A stretch of DNA of 64,000 nt. Origin: Antedon mediterranea. Its lineage: Eukaryota > Animalia > Echinodermata. The position numbers and the translations under genes were made by a program. The notes under the pieces are model-generated. The model saw only the letters and a program-made list of their open reading frames with translations, made no database searches and was not told the DNA's origin. Position 1 is the stretch's first letter, and each line of letters opens with the position of its first letter. Shown here one piece after another: positions 62,331 through 64,000 of this stretch. Where the stretch lies: NCBI RefSeq assembly GCF_964355755.1, contig NC_092673.1:17047648-17111647 (forward strand), written 5' to 3'.

Positions 62331-62344
62331 CTGGGCCCATAATC
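62331..62344 (-). promoter_or_regulatory. copia primer-binding site for a half-tRNAiMet primer
   Basis: Minus strand GATTATGGGCCCAG directly follows ..AACA and is one mismatch from the GGTTATGGGCCCAG PBS of Drosophila copia-type elements. Confidence 0.75.
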
Positions 62345-62798
62345 TGTTGTATCCAGCTCGGCCATTTTAGGTTAAGTCCTAAGGACACCAACACTCAATT
62401 GAAATTAATTGCAAAAATAGTATTTCTATGCTATGTACGCTATGTGCACAAAAGTGTGTGTGCAGTGCAAACAATTTTGTTATGCTCAAAATTAAAGGTC
62501 TGCGAAATTGATTTTGAGCATTTTAACACACCATTTTTATTTTATAAAAGAGGCATTCCACAGTAATTGTGACATAAGCTGACAATTTTAAAATTGTGTA
62601 TTGTGCTGTACATAAATTTGAACATATTCAGATTCAGATTTGATTTATTAAGTCATTCATCATCATACATAGTACAATGTTAATTGTTTTCTTGGCAAAA
62701 AAACACAAACAAAACAATACACACATAATATTTACATTCATGATCAACATGGAACTAACAACTGATAAAGCAATATAAAATACAAATAACTTCATCTT

Positions 62799-63553
62799 AT
62801 AAGCGGAGGTCCAATAGCTTGTTTAGAGAGCTCCCATTGCCATGTTTCTACACACTCAGCACACCAACTTTTTTTGATAGCTACTACCCTTAGACACAAT
62901 AATCACGAGGTGTGCCGTTGCAAATTTACTGCGGCCATCTTGAAATCCAAGATGGCGGAAAAAATGGCCGCCATTTTATAGTGATGCACTTTATTGTTCA
63001 TAACTTAATAAATATTTGATGTATTTTGTTGACATTAATGTTGATTAATAGCTAATTACATTATCTATTCAGTAAAATATTTTTATTTCAACTTTATTGA
63101 AATTAAATTACTTTTTTTAAGCAAAAATGCAGAATTTTAGTAAAAAAATCAGCAAAATCTGTGATATACGATATTTATTATGTTAATTAAGGCAAGAAGC
63201 CATAATTATTTTTTTTTTCAGATATGCAAAAAAACTGACCCAATATATACTTTAAAAAAATGTGTAAACTACATGAGCTTGTGAAAAGGCAAACATAAGT
63301 TATTAACGATTACGTTTGTGTACTTGTAGCAGGGATTTAATAATGTTGAGTAAAATTGTGAAGTTGAGGGCGCTATTTAAGTAAGATACAGGTACTCTAT
63401 TTTCGGATGTAACTCATTAAATACTTAACCGATTATGATCAAAATAGATTTATTTTATAGATAATTAAACCTTCTTCCTTAATAGTTATTAAAAATTCTT
63501 GTTAGATAATAAATACATATGAAAAATGTATTATTTGTGTAAATCTAATTAAA
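62799..63553. repeat. Dispersed repeat, copy 2 of 4466-5217
   Basis: Colinear high similarity, same orientation. Confidence 0.8.
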
Positions 63554-64000
63554 TTTTGTATCATCTTGTAAGCTAAAAAGAAAGGATTTGATTTTTTAAA
63601 TACAGTATATACTATACAGTATCAGTGTACCGTGAAACGAATGAGGATCGTGATGAGTTTGATAGAAAATTGATTGAACAATAAATAAATTTTAAACAAT
63701 ATTTTTTTTTTAAGTCATGCTTCTCTAATAGGACGTGACACCATGGAGGTAAAAAATACCTCCATGGTGACACTAACATATCTTTAGTTGGCCTTAAATT
63801 AGCACAATAAACAACTAAATATAACAAGCATAGTGGAGTCTGTTAGGGATAATTTGGTTCAGTTTTTTCCAAAAACACCAAATTTGGTATACAGGTTGCC
63901 CATCATATACGAATTCATTTTGATGGGCATCAAGCAAAATGACCCATTGGGTCACTTAATTTGCATAATTTAAAATGGCGAACATTTTCGCTTAAACACT

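Larger units (their letters stand above)
56402..62344 (-). mobile_element. Decayed Ty1/copia LTR retrotransposon (PR-IN-RT-RH order), gag largely deleted, interrupted by a LINE
   Basis: Protease LLVDCGATSHI (about 62160-62190), integrase HTDLAGP..IRSDNGSEF..AER (60902-61696), RT QMDVKTAYLN and WVDDL (57447-58352), RNase H SCESEY..EDNQG..HIDIRYHF..ADIMTK (56904-57350). Multiple frameshifts. Confidence 0.95.

Overview
AT-rich, intron-rich eukaryotic DNA from an invertebrate animal. An echinoderm origin is a guess from the repeat content and gene style. The window is dominated by one spliced + strand gene (exons from 5694 to at least 40206; its 5' end lies upstream). I reconstructed it by hand from GT-AG boundaries into one continuous reading frame of about 1,680 codons. 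It encodes two complete Roc-COR (Roco GTPase) modules in tandem, then a two-helix hydrophobic cassette exon, a duplicated 45-nt micro-exon and an exon with two death-effector-domain (DED)-like folds. The second Roc has a deviant G4 motif (THKA) and an extra Asp-rich exon. Introns and flanks hold many non-autonomous DNA transposons (Sola3-, Harbinger-, piggyBac-, Kolobok-, pogo- and Academ-like), a Penelope fragment, tRNA-derived SINEs and four satellite arrays (84, 57, 88 and 89 bp). A decayed Ty1/copia element interrupted by a 5'-truncated Rex1/Babar-type LINE lies near the right end. No CRISPR array, rRNA or credible functional tRNA is present.
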